DNA from: Octopus vulgaris
Taxonomy: Eukaryota
Length of the DNA stretch: 64,000 nt
Assembly (NCBI GenBank): GCA_951406725.2
Contig: OX597814.1
Coordinates: forward strand, 126,728,001 to 126,792,000
Reading direction: 5' to 3'
A model generated the notes under the pieces. That model ran no database searches. It saw nothing but the letters and a program-made list of their open reading frames with translations, and was not told where the DNA came from. The translations under genes and the position numbers were made by a program. This document shows, in pieces, positions 54,501-64,000 of the stretch; position 1 is the first letter of the stretch; every line of letters starts with the position of its first letter.

Positions 54501-57500
54501 CCTGCTCCTGTCAAACCATCCAACCCATACCAGCATGGAAGACAGGCATTAAATGATGAGGATCTATGCATATGTGCACAAATATTGTGCTTAAATACAC
54601 ATATTACTACTCAAAGTTAATTTACACATCTCAAAAAACAAATAAATCTAAAATTCCTATGTAAAAATTATAGATTGTAAAAAAGTTGGACATCAAACCT
54701 TAAAACTGATCTAATCAAATTGGTCAAAAGTTTACATTTTCATTATAAAATAGATTTTCCAATCAAATCTTGGTTGTAATATTGATAGCAGAACCAAAAT
54801 GAAAGCATCTGCAACTTACAAGCACAAACTGAAAACAATCTCAAATTTACTATTTATGCATAAGTGTTAATTTAATCACCATAATGGGTATGGTATGTCA
54901 TTTGCAATACTGAGATATCAACAAAGGACAAGTAGAATCATTTGCTACTGGATCCCTTGTTTTAAATCACATTTTTTTTGTTTATTTTGAATCATCATCA
55001 TCATTTAACGTCTGCTTTCCATGCTAGCATGGGTTGGACACTTTGACTGAGGACTGGCAAACCAGATGGCTGCACCAGGCTCTAATCAGATCTGGCAGAG
55101 TTTCTACAGCTGGATGCCCTTCCTAACACCAACCGCTCCGAGAGTGTAGTGAGTGCTTTTACATGCCACTGGCATGGAGGCCAGTCAGGCAGTACTGGCA
55201 ACGGCCAGACTCAAACGGTGTTTATTACATATCACCTATCCAGCAGCACTGGCAATGACCTTGCTCAAATGTTGTTTTTCACATGCCACCAGCACAAGTG
55301 ACAGTAAGGTGATGCTGGTAATGATCATGCTCGAATGGTGCTTTTTACGTGCCACTGGCACAGGGGCCAGTCAGCGGCCCTGGCAATGATCACACTCAGA
55401 TGGTGCTCTTAGCGCTCCACTAGCATGGATGCCAGTCATGCGGTGCTGTCATCGAGTTTGATTTCAATACCCTACATAAAATTAGGGATTTTCTTTTAAG
55501 TAGAAAAGTATTCACTCTATTTTCTTTATTTTATCTCAGAACATTTTTTCATTCATTTTAAGACCATAACCATGATAACTATCCATTAACTAATTACATT
55601 TTTAGATATCATCTTGCCTAATCTATTAATAAAGTATTATAGAAAAAATATTACCATTTCGTTCTGTGTTAGGGTTCCAGTTTTATCAGACATCAAGTAA
55701 CTAATCCGTCCCAATTCCTCTGCAATTGTTGTACTGCGAGCAATTGTTCCTTCAATATTTTTATCTTTTTGAATCATCCAAGAATAGACAGCCTTTCCCA
55801 TGTCCAGGTTCACACGTAAACTAGAAAGCCAAACATTAAACAAATGGTCTTCATTACACGAGTTCAGTTTAAATTGGAAATATATCAGCAGCTAATTAAC
55901 AAGCATTTAATATTGTTTGTAGAAGTGAAAGAAGAACTTACCTAATAGGAATTATATAAGAAAATAACAAAATATATCTGAAGAGGTATATATACCAAGG
56001 TCCACCAAATCCCTGAAAAATATTTTAAACAAACAACTTGTTTAAAAATGAAAATAAAATATAACATTAAGTTATAACCATTGTATTTTGGTTATTTCAG
56101 TATCAAATTTGCAGGGCTCAAATTCTCCCACTTGGTGGTGAGAGTTGCTATATATCCCTCACGTTTATTTAATTAACTAATTGAACATCTAGGTGGTGGT
56201 GTTTGGCATTCCAGCCACAACCATTCTGTATTTTAATCAGTTATTGCATAACACAATATCCAATATGTCCTTCATATTTTCAGGCAGTAAAGTATTGGAA
56301 AATTTGTCTGCTATTTTTTGCAGGTTAAGTGATTATAGAAGTTCTCTGAGTACAACATTGAAGTGTGAACCACAGCCAGAACTCTGAATATTCCTGGATT
56401 TTACCTGGTTTAAGATCACATGATACACTCAGGTGAGAATATAAAAGGGATCAGATTTAGGTTTCTGATATTTTCTTCAGTCTAACAGCATAGTCCAATA
56501 GTTAAAGTGACCGCCACACTCCAATTAATATGTTGTGGAGGCACATGGCCTAGTGGTTACAGCAGCAGACTCGCAGTCGAGGGATCACGGGTTCAAATCT
56601 TAAACCGGGCGATGTGTGTGTTTATGAGTGAAACACCTAAGCTCCACACAGCTCCGGCAGAAGGTAATGGCAAACTTCTGCTGACTCTTTCGCCACAACT
56701 TTCTCTCACTTTTTCCTCCTGCATCTTGCAGCTCACCTGCAATGGACCGGCATCCCATCCAGGTGGGGAACCTATACGCCAAGGAAACCGGGAAACTGGC
56801 CCTTATGAGCCAGGTGTGGCTCGAGAAGGAACAATTAATATGATCCATTATAATGGCCAAAGAAATATTTTAATTTCAATTTTGCAAAATTTTAAATTAA
56901 ATATCAAAGTAAAGAGATTTTCTTTCAATAATAGTAAATATGGAATCCTGATGAAAGAAAAGTCAGACAATATCAATATAGAACAAAAGATAAATCCAAA
57001 TAAGATTCAGAAAAGATACAATGGAAGAATATTATGTTGAAAAGGAGGAATTATTTGGTTCAATAATTAAAAATAATAACTTCAGTAATGTTTGTACTTC
57101 CAAAGTTATATAAATGACAAATGTTTTCAAAATTATCCCAGCTTGGACAATGGGACATAAAATGGATAAAAACTGAAGTACAAAGGATATAGTGAAGAAA
57201 ATATGAATAAATATAGGTTAATACTTGGTAAGAGAAATGAATTATGAATTTACCTTTAGTATAATCATAACAATTGCTAAGATGACAACAGCCAGAAATA
57301 ATACTTTGGTGATATTGTTGATCTCAACATCAAGCAATCCTACCTGAAAAAGCAAAATATAAATAAAATAATAATAATTATTAAAGTGAAAGTTATCACA
57401 ATCAATTGAATAGCTTCCATTTCTTACCCCAAACTTAAAAGCATATTCAGTTTTTATTATGTCACAGAATCTTTTGGTAAGATTTGGTTTCAGAACTACA

Positions 57501-60500
57501 ATCTAAAGATACTTCCCATTTATAATTCACCATCATCAACACCATTTTACATCCACTTTCTATGTTGACATGAGTTTGACAAGTTATGATGAACTCTTAG
57601 TTCTTATTCAGAGCTACTGCCCTCATAGCTGCCTCAAAAGACAACATCATAGTCATACACTTCATTTTTGGTTACTATGGCTAACACCAACCACTCTAGA
57701 GTACACTAGGTTCACTATATCATGGCACTAGCTCAAGAGAAGTGGTCATATCATTGACAAGATTAAATGGTCCTCTCAACCCCCACATCTCCATTAGTTT
57801 GCCAAATACTTTACAGAATGTTCTGGATGGATGTTATAATGGCACCAACATTAATGGGGTTGCCTAATATCCCATATGTAGTTCTACATAATTAAGAGTA
57901 GTCAATTATGTAATAAAATACCTTGATTCCAGATTAAAAGTGTCTATCAGATACATGAAATATCTTAAAGCATCTGTACTGATTGAATAAAAACAGACAT
58001 TTCACAGCATACCAAGCTATAATATGAGCATTTATCAAACCATTCTTTAAATAGTAACCTGCACATCCAAATCTCACAAAATAACTGAAATTTACTTACT
58101 TTGCTCTTTGGCTGTGATGTATTCATCACACTGCGTGTATCCATACCAGTATAAATGACTAATCCTAAAGCAGTACCAGAAGCAATCACTGTGTTTGCCC
58201 ATAATACATTTTCAATACTCAAAGAAGCTTCAGCGCTATTTTCACCTGTCTGAAGAAATCAAACAAAACCAAAGTTAGTAAGAAATAGAATCAAAGGTAG
58301 GGAATATCTTTCAGTCTTTGTAAAACATTCAATTTTTCTATAAAACATTTTATTACTGGTAATTATGTAAATATACACCAACAATAACAACAATACACTG
58401 CAATACAAAATATTGATACTCTTGCAATTCTATTCTTTAGTTTAATCCCTAATTTCAATGTTACTGAAATGTCCTTTTTTGAATTTCTAGATTTACAAAG
58501 ACATCTTTTTGTATTTAAAAAGAAAATAAATTACATAACTTAGCGCTACCACATCTATGTTGAAAAAATCTCATTTTCTTACAACTTCACATTATTTTTT
58601 ACAATGTTGCCTCTTCTGAGGCACTTACTGATATTTTGTCCTTGTTTTCTTGTTAAACCATTGATATGCAACATGATAAACTATATACATATATGTATAT
58701 ATATTACATAAAAAGCACCATTCGAGCGTAGTCAATGCCAATACTGCCTGACTGGAACCTCATGCTGGGGGCATGTAAAAAGAACCCACTACACTCTCAG
58801 AGTGGCTGGTGTTATGAAGGGCATCCAGCTGTAGAAACCTTGCCAGATCAGATTGAAGCCTGGTGTAGCCTTCTGATTTGTCAGTCCTCAGTCAAACCAT
58901 CCAACCCATGCCACCATGGAAAGCAGTTGTTAAATGATGATGATTGCTCCTACTGCTAAATGTAATTAAACAAAATGAGATTTGCTCAAAATTTTCACAC
59001 AATGATTCCAAAAGGATTGAAACCCCTTATCACTAAACTATTCAAGTTTCTATTTGGACAATCAAAGAATATTTAAGTTACAGGCATTACAGAGGAATGA
59101 ATGCTTAGATTAACTATAAATATACCAATTATTTTAATGAAAATTAACCATAATACCAGGCATTAATGTACAGTTAAGAAATTCACTATGCAGCCTAGGG
59201 TTTTAGGTTGAGTACCACTGTGCAGCACTTTGGATAAGCATCTTTAACTGAAGTCTCACATCAACTAATGTTGTGAGAGTGAAATTTTTCAGATGGGAAT
59301 TATGCAGAAGCTTATCATATGTATGTGCAAGCAGCAACACTATCCAGTTTCATGCTCATATGTGTTTGAGTGAATGCCAAGGTTAGGAATCATACCTCAC
59401 ACATCCATAGCATTTTTAGCAAGGTTTCTGCAACTGAATGCCCTTGTTAACACCAGCATTTTACAAATGTAATCAGCACGTTTTTATACACTCAGCAAAA
59501 GTAAAGAGACTTCTTGACCTACATTGTCTCCATTTGTTTGTCAACCATTTTATAGGATGTTTTAGGTGCATTTTTTCATGGCACCAGCACTAGTGAGGTT
59601 GCCTTGTGTCATGTAAAACTACAGAGTGGTCACTACTCTATGTTATCTCCATTTATTCAAGCCATCATGATCAAGAAGGTGAATAAAAGAGAGAGAGTAT
59701 GATAGAAGCAACAGAGTAACTGGGGTAAGGGGTGGTAGAGGAGGGAGTAATGGGAGAGACACATGGGTGGCAATTACATGCTGGTTGGTAATAAAGAGAA
59801 AACAAGAGATGGATGGAAATAGAGATGGGTGATGGTAAGAGAAAGAAAGTTAATAATGATCGGCCTGGGAAGTTTTGATGCCCAGCAGTGCAGAAGAGTG
59901 ATGATGGTATGTATCCCATAGAAATAGATCTAATGCAATTCTTTGTTAAATAAGCATCATGACAGGAAATGGATGGATAGAGTGGTAAGGGTGATGGCAG
60001 GAGGTGGATTGAATATGGACAGATCTAATGCCATCTTCATTCTACAGGCAGTATGGAACAGTGAGAGAATAGATGAGAGGATGAATGTTAGATGAAATGT
60101 GATTGAGGATAGGAGAGAAGGATGGATGAATAGATATATATGCATTTATCTAGATAGGTAAATATAAATGTATATGTATTTATATGTGTACATATATCAA
60201 CATCAGACAATAGAACTAGTACATTGAACAAAATATTGTATTTCATTCTACGCGAGTTGCCTTTTCTGACACCCAGTCAACTTTGCCTTTCATCTTTTAT
60301 GAGATCAATAAAAAAAAGATACCAGACAAAGTACTGGGGTTGATATAACAAACTAAAATAAACCCCTGACAGTGGTACCCTAGTAAGTCCACATGCTAAT
60401 GACTGAAACCAGTAAATGAATAAAATAAATCATATTAATTTACTGACCATAGTAAATGTTCCAACGAAACTATGAATATCTTTGCTTGGCTTCTCAGCAT

Positions 60501-63040
60501 AAACATGCGCTGTAATATCTAGTAGACTCTGCAATTAGATAACACAAACAGAAAATTAGTTTTCATCTTAATAAATATCTTTAGCCAATGACTGAAAACA
60601 GAAGCAACATAGAAGTATGTTCATATTGAAAGTACTGTCAAACAAAGATAGAAAATCACTAAAAATATTCCATTTTTGCTACTGCAAGAATCAACATACA
60701 CCAAGGTTAGTCAATTTAGATAATATATATACTTTGGTTATAGGTTTTATTCCCAGAATCAGATCATCATCTTCATTTAATATCCATGTTCCATGTTGGA
60801 TGGTTTGACAAGATCCAATGAGCCCAAGGACTGCTTCATGCTGCAATGTCTGTTTTGGCATGGTTTCTACAGCTTGAAGACTTTCTTAACACCAACCACT
60901 TTTCAGTGTATACTAGGTGTTTTTTTCATGCCACCAGCACTAGTGAGGTTGCTATGTAGCTGGTGAGACTACAAACCTTAAGATAGGTGAATGTTATCAA
61001 GAAATTCAGCTCAGGTTTAAAGAGTTCACTTAGTTGGCATAAACAATGATGATGATGACTGACTGCATAGTCCAGTATAAAGGTCAAACTGAAGCACTAA
61101 CCAAACAGTTACCATATGATAGGTTTGTTGGATCAGGCTGGACTGGTGGCTACACAGCAGCAACACAAGTAATACAAATTATATGGATCAGAGCTAACAA
61201 GTGACTGAGTTGCCTATAATTTTACTAAGATGAAAAAAGTTCATTCAACAAGTTCAAACCTTGAGCTCTTACACTGATTTTATCTTCTCTAGAGTGATGT
61301 TTTATAAGGAAAAACAAAAAAACTTTAATTCCTTAAAATAGTTTAGCAACTTGTTATTGTTTATTTCTGGGTTAGTCCTGGCTGAGCAAACTTATTAGCA
61401 GAAGTATTACAATTATAACATCCATTCTTTTTATACATGAGCTACATTGTCCTTGCTTTTTTTTTTTTTTTAAGGAAGTAAGATCCTTTATTGGTTTATT
61501 TAGTAAAGAGTAGTTTTTAATAAATGAATTTTTTTTATACCTGACTTGTACAGTGACAATTTGTCACTTGTCCATTTCCTAGGGAACTCACTCAGTGCAG
61601 ACAAAGACCAAAAGTCTATTTTTTGGCATTTAAACCAGTCACATCAAGCCCAAATATTCTACCGATTTGTGTTCAAACAAGCCAGATTTAATCTCTCACA
61701 CCTACCATACAATGTAATTCTAAAAAATAAATTATGTCACCAAAAGCTTGAAGCTAAGAGATAATGCATGATTAATTCAAAAGAAGGTGAATAAATAAGC
61801 ATTACATTAGACAGAGTAATATAAGAATTAGAGTACAATGTAGAGTTAAATTTATAAAACCAGACATAAATTAGATTCATACTTCATCTGAGGGAAGATG
61901 CTGAGTAGACTGCAAAGCTATACGTAATTTCCAATCTGTTTCACCATCCATTTGGTCTGTTCGAATAAAGCAAGACCCAACTTTTTCTGTTGTCCGAATT
62001 AAAACCATATCAGCAGGCACTCGTTGGTTCTGAAAGGAGAAAATGAAAATTAGCAAGTAAATTAAGGAATAACAATTTTGATTCTAGACAATATTGGGAG
62101 TTATGAAATTTTCAACAACTGGACTTATCTAATTTTAATTAAATCTAAATTAGATTTTATTAACAAAACTACAAAATTGATTGAATGATATAAAAAGAAT
62201 AACTATGCATAGGTGCAAGCATGGTTGTGTGGCTTTAAGCATGCTCTGAAACCACATGGTTTCAGGTTCAATCCCACTGGGCAAGTGCCTTCCACTATAG
62301 CCTCAGGTTGACCAATTCTTCATGAGTAAATCTGGTAGACAGAAACTGTGTGGAAGCCTATCATGTATGTGTGTGCATCTGTGTCTGTCCTCTCAGCTTG
62401 ACAACCAATGTTGGTTTGTTTACATCCCTGTGACTGAGTGGATTCAGCAAAAAAAGACTAATAGAATAATTACCAGACTTAAACCTTTATCATTCAGATT
62501 AATTTATTAAATATAATGCTTATTTATCCTCATCTTTTAAAAATCAATCCTGTATTATCTCATAGCCTTGAGATTTTGATGATATGATTGTTTATTTTTA
62601 GAATGGCATTGCAGGGTAGGTGTAAGAGGTTGGATCTGACCAGTTTCAACATAAAACTAGAAGAATATATAAGCCTGATATGGCTGATTTAAATGCTAAA
62701 GAGTTAAATAAGTACTGGGTTCGATTTGGCGGACTAAACCCTTATGGGAAGTGCCCCAGCATGGCCACAGTCCACTGAGTGAAACAAGCAAAAGATATTT
62801 CTAGTGTTGGAGACAAATGTATTTAGACTGTGTTGTAAGTGTAAATGAGAGAATATAAAAGATACTCTTTACCTTTTCAACAGTTATTAAATCTCCAACT
62901 TTTATATTGGAACTAGGGAGTAATTTCAACCCATCACGTGTAAGTTTTCCATACAGTTGTGAGTTGGCTTCTTTATCTCTTCGGTACCGCTGATAATCAT
63001 CGAAGCCTTCCCTCACCATTGTAACAAATATTACAAAGCA
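36413..63040 (-). CDS. ATP9B: P4-ATPase phospholipid flippase, class II (ATP9A/ATP9B/Neo1 ortholog); 22 exons in window, 5' end outside
   Basis: 22 GT-AG exons sum to 2805 nt in one frame. Motifs: [68 protein letters not shown]-terminal YSKL. The symbol reflects closer resemblance to recalled ATP9B; it is probably the single invertebrate co-ortholog of ATP9A/B. Confidence 0.96.
37192..37657 (-). mobile_element. Internally deleted mariner (same family as 7183), both TIRs present
   Basis: TTGGGTCATCCCAT at one end and ATAGGCTGACCCAAT at the other; encodes [23 protein letters not shown] (YSPDLAPSDY-like). Confidence 0.85.
37830..38033 (-). CDS. ATP9B: ATP9 exon ([16 protein letters not shown]...FKDFF)
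   Basis: 204 nt. Confidence 0.94.
38800..39120 (-). mobile_element. Penelope-like retroelement RT remnant
   Basis: [19 protein letters not shown] resembles the PLE RT motif AMGT..APSYANLFM..FE. Confidence 0.5.
39302..39359 (-). CDS. ATP9B: ATP9 exon ([19 protein letters not shown])
   Basis: 58 nt. Confidence 0.93.
39572..39680 (-). CDS. ATP9B: ATP9 exon ([18 protein letters not shown]...[10 protein letters not shown])
   Basis: 109 nt. Confidence 0.94.
40841..40972 (-). CDS. ATP9B: ATP9 exon ([16 protein letters not shown]...GFLMVG)
   Basis: 132 nt. Confidence 0.94.
41099..41907 (+). mobile_element. RTE LINE 3' end with hairpin-unit array
   Basis: [15 protein letters not shown] coding end, 3' UTR and (GAT)n. 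Confidence 0.9.
42234..42322 (-). CDS. ATP9B: ATP9 exon ([16 protein letters not shown]...HGRNS)
   Basis: 89 nt. Confidence 0.94.
42969..43033 (-). CDS. ATP9B: ATP9 exon ([22 protein letters not shown])
   Basis: 65 nt; hinge motif. Confidence 0.95.
43232..43376 (-). CDS. ATP9B: ATP9 exon ([10 protein letters not shown]...CRCSPTQKA...CAV)
   Basis: 145 nt. Confidence 0.94.
43872..44060 (-). CDS. ATP9B: ATP9 exon ([12 protein letters not shown]...IISGDSVQ)
   Basis: 189 nt; TGD motif. Confidence 0.95.
46214..46384 (-). CDS. ATP9B: ATP9 exon (TRYHQAK...[24 protein letters not shown])
   Basis: 171 nt. Confidence 0.95.
46815..48086. mobile_element. Non-autonomous piggyBac-type element
   Basis: TTAA at both ends (46811-46814, 48087-48090); TIR C(A/C)CTTTCGTTAC; subterminal repeat TTCGGGCGGTTTGGT twice; contains an RTE tail. 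Confidence 0.8.
48447..48530 (-). CDS. ATP9B: ATP9 exon ([17 protein letters not shown]...DFE)
   Basis: 84 nt. Confidence 0.94.
49462..49554 (-). CDS. ATP9B: ATP9 exon ([18 protein letters not shown]...NDWLEEE)
   Basis: 93 nt; KGAD motif. Confidence 0.94.
49842..50003 (-). CDS. ATP9B: ATP9 exon ([12 protein letters not shown]...[15 protein letters not shown])
   Basis: 162 nt. Confidence 0.94.
50276..51690 (+). mobile_element. CR1/L2-group LINE RT fragment, interrupted by an RTE tail (50789-51090)
   Basis: [51 protein letters not shown] motifs. Confidence 0.8.
52033..52269 (-). CDS. ATP9B: ATP9 exon (...[11 protein letters not shown]...YQASSPDE)
   Basis: 237 nt; N-domain motifs. Confidence 0.93.
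53635..53691 (-). CDS. ATP9B: ATP9 exon ([19 protein letters not shown])
   Basis: 57 nt, canonical sites. Confidence 0.92.
54990..55465 (-). mobile_element. RTE 3' UTR/tail copy in ATP9 intron
   Basis: Reverse complement of the same tail and unit array. Confidence 0.85.
55655..55820 (-). CDS. ATP9B: ATP9 exon (LRVNLDMGK...[12 protein letters not shown])
   Basis: 166 nt; phosphorylation-site DKTGT. Confidence 0.96.
55942..56012 (-). CDS. ATP9B: ATP9 exon ([24 protein letters not shown])
   Basis: 71 nt; TM4, PISL motif across the junction. Confidence 0.93.
56537..56832 (+). mobile_element. tRNA-derived SINE, third family
   Basis: A box TGGCCTAGTGGTTA and B box GGTTCAAATC, followed by a GC-richer body. 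Confidence 0.7.
57254..57343 (-). CDS. ATP9B: ATP9 exon ([30 protein letters not shown])
   Basis: 90 nt; TM3. Confidence 0.92.
58100..58249 (-). CDS. ATP9B: ATP9 exon ([20 protein letters not shown]...[10 protein letters not shown])
   Basis: 150 nt, canonical sites. Confidence 0.92.
60448..60528 (-). CDS. ATP9B: ATP9 exon ([27 protein letters not shown])
   Basis: 81 nt, canonical sites. Confidence 0.9.
61620..61845. mobile_element. piggyBac-type MITE, degenerate, inverted relative to the 62483 copy
   Basis: Aligns by eye to the reverse complement of 62508-62703. Confidence 0.65.
61883..62029 (-). CDS. ATP9B: ATP9 exon ([13 protein letters not shown]...DGETDWKLR...)
   Basis: 147 nt; actuator DGET motif. 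Confidence 0.95.
62483..62703. mobile_element. piggyBac-type MITE inserted in a SINE
   Basis: TTAA at 62479-62482 and 62704-62707; imperfect TIRs; inverted homolog at ~61620-61845. Confidence 0.7.
62873..63040 (-). CDS. ATP9B: ATP9 exon ([15 protein letters not shown]...VGDLITVEK)
   Basis: 168 nt, phase 0/0, canonical splice sites. Confidence 0.92.
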
Positions 63041-63227
63041 CTATAAAAGAAAACAAGAAAATGTATTAAAATTTTACAAAACATTCCCTTCAGGGTCTGG
63101 AACAGTAAAAAACGAGAGGAACGAGCAATGTATCTTTTTATATATTAAAATATTTAGGGTAAAGAATTAGCAGAGATGGTATAGGATCAAGCTAAATGCT
63201 CATAAAGTACTTATCATCATCATCCTG

Positions 63228-63675
63228 GGCATGGATACATTGAAACTCCGACGTCTGGCAGCTGACTTGGCAGACACCCATAAAATTATTAACCATCTTA
63301 CAAACAATAGCTCTGAGTACCTTTTCAAACTCCACCTGTCTAACACCTGTGGACATGTTTACAAAGTCAGAAAACAGCACAGCTCTCATGACTTTTGGAA
63401 ACATTTTTTCATGCTAAGAGTTGCTGAAGCATGGAACAAACTGCCGGCATCAGTTGTTAGTTGTTGGAGCACTGCATCCTTCAAAACTTCCATGCTTCCT
63501 GAGATTCGCCAACACTACACCTGATTTTCTCTCCTCTATACACACGCAAGTATGTATCTGACTCATACACTGTTCACTTTCCAGACATTTGTACATTACT
63601 GCATATTTTTTATACGCACTTTTGACAAGTTGTGGTGCACCTGAGCACTGTATACAATAATTTCATTATTATTTT
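63228..63675 (+). mobile_element. CR1-type LINE 3' end
   Basis: ORF 63231-63524 ending WNKLPASVV...SFKTSML; (ATT)n tail. Confidence 0.88.
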
Positions 63676-64000
63676 ATATCATCTAATATCCATTTTCCAT
63701 GCTGGCATCAATTGGATGATTTCACATGGTATGGCGAGCCATAAAGCCATGTTGAACTCCAGTGTCAGCTTTGGCATAGTTTCTATGTTGAGTACCATTT
63801 CAAATCCCAACCACTTTACAGTATGTACTGGGTACTTTTTTGTACCACTGGCATTAGTGAGGTCACCAAGTAAGGTACAAAACAAAAATAGAAGGGGAGA
63901 AAAGGCAAAAAGCCCCAATAAGTGGGGTATTTGGGAAGGGGAAGTGGCTTTAGGCCAGGTGCTGAAAGACTACAGTATGAAGGAAGGACAAGTGTCTTGC

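Noticed and set aside
56507-57040. 177-aa ORF in an ATP9 intron as a nested gene
   Set aside because: It spans a SINE and AT-rich sequence, starts at GTG and has no protein-like motifs.
59670-60150. Purine-rich tract with short ORFs on the minus strand
   Set aside because: Low complexity with no splice or domain support; probably an old repeat.

Overview
AT-rich, repeat-dense animal genomic DNA. The SINE, RTE and CR1 families and the (CA)n/(TA)n/(ATC)n microsatellites resemble an octopus (coleoid cephalopod) genome; this is an inference from recalled repeat families. Two intron-rich genes lie tail-to-tail. (1) POP4/RPP29 (RNase P/MRP subunit) is on +, with five coding exons at 22527-33968; its short ATG exon was not securely located, and a promoter-like region sits near 13.7-14.15 kb. 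(2) An ATP9A/B (Neo1-type) P4-ATPase flippase is on -, with 22 phase-consistent GT-AG exons from 63040 down to the stop at 36413 (about 934 aa); its 5' exons lie beyond the window. The rest is transposon-derived: RTE LINEs with a PHD-like finger inside the RT, many RTE 3' tails, CR1 3' ends, tRNA-SINEs, Tc1 and mariner fossils, TTAA-flanked piggyBac-type MITEs, a non-autonomous Helitron and Penelope-like remnants. The most unusual items are a 5S-rRNA-headed retroposon sharing the 3' tail of local tRNA-SINEs, an ORF1-only Tx1/L1-like element inserted with a 15-bp TSD into a SINE tRNA head, variable arrays of ~65-bp double-hairpin units in RTE 3' UTRs, a SINE trimer bracketed by one TSD, and a degenerate hammerhead-like motif next to a 41-bp-arm hairpin. 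Most ORF-track entries are spurious or are TE fragments. Coordinates were counted by hand and repeat boundaries are approximate.
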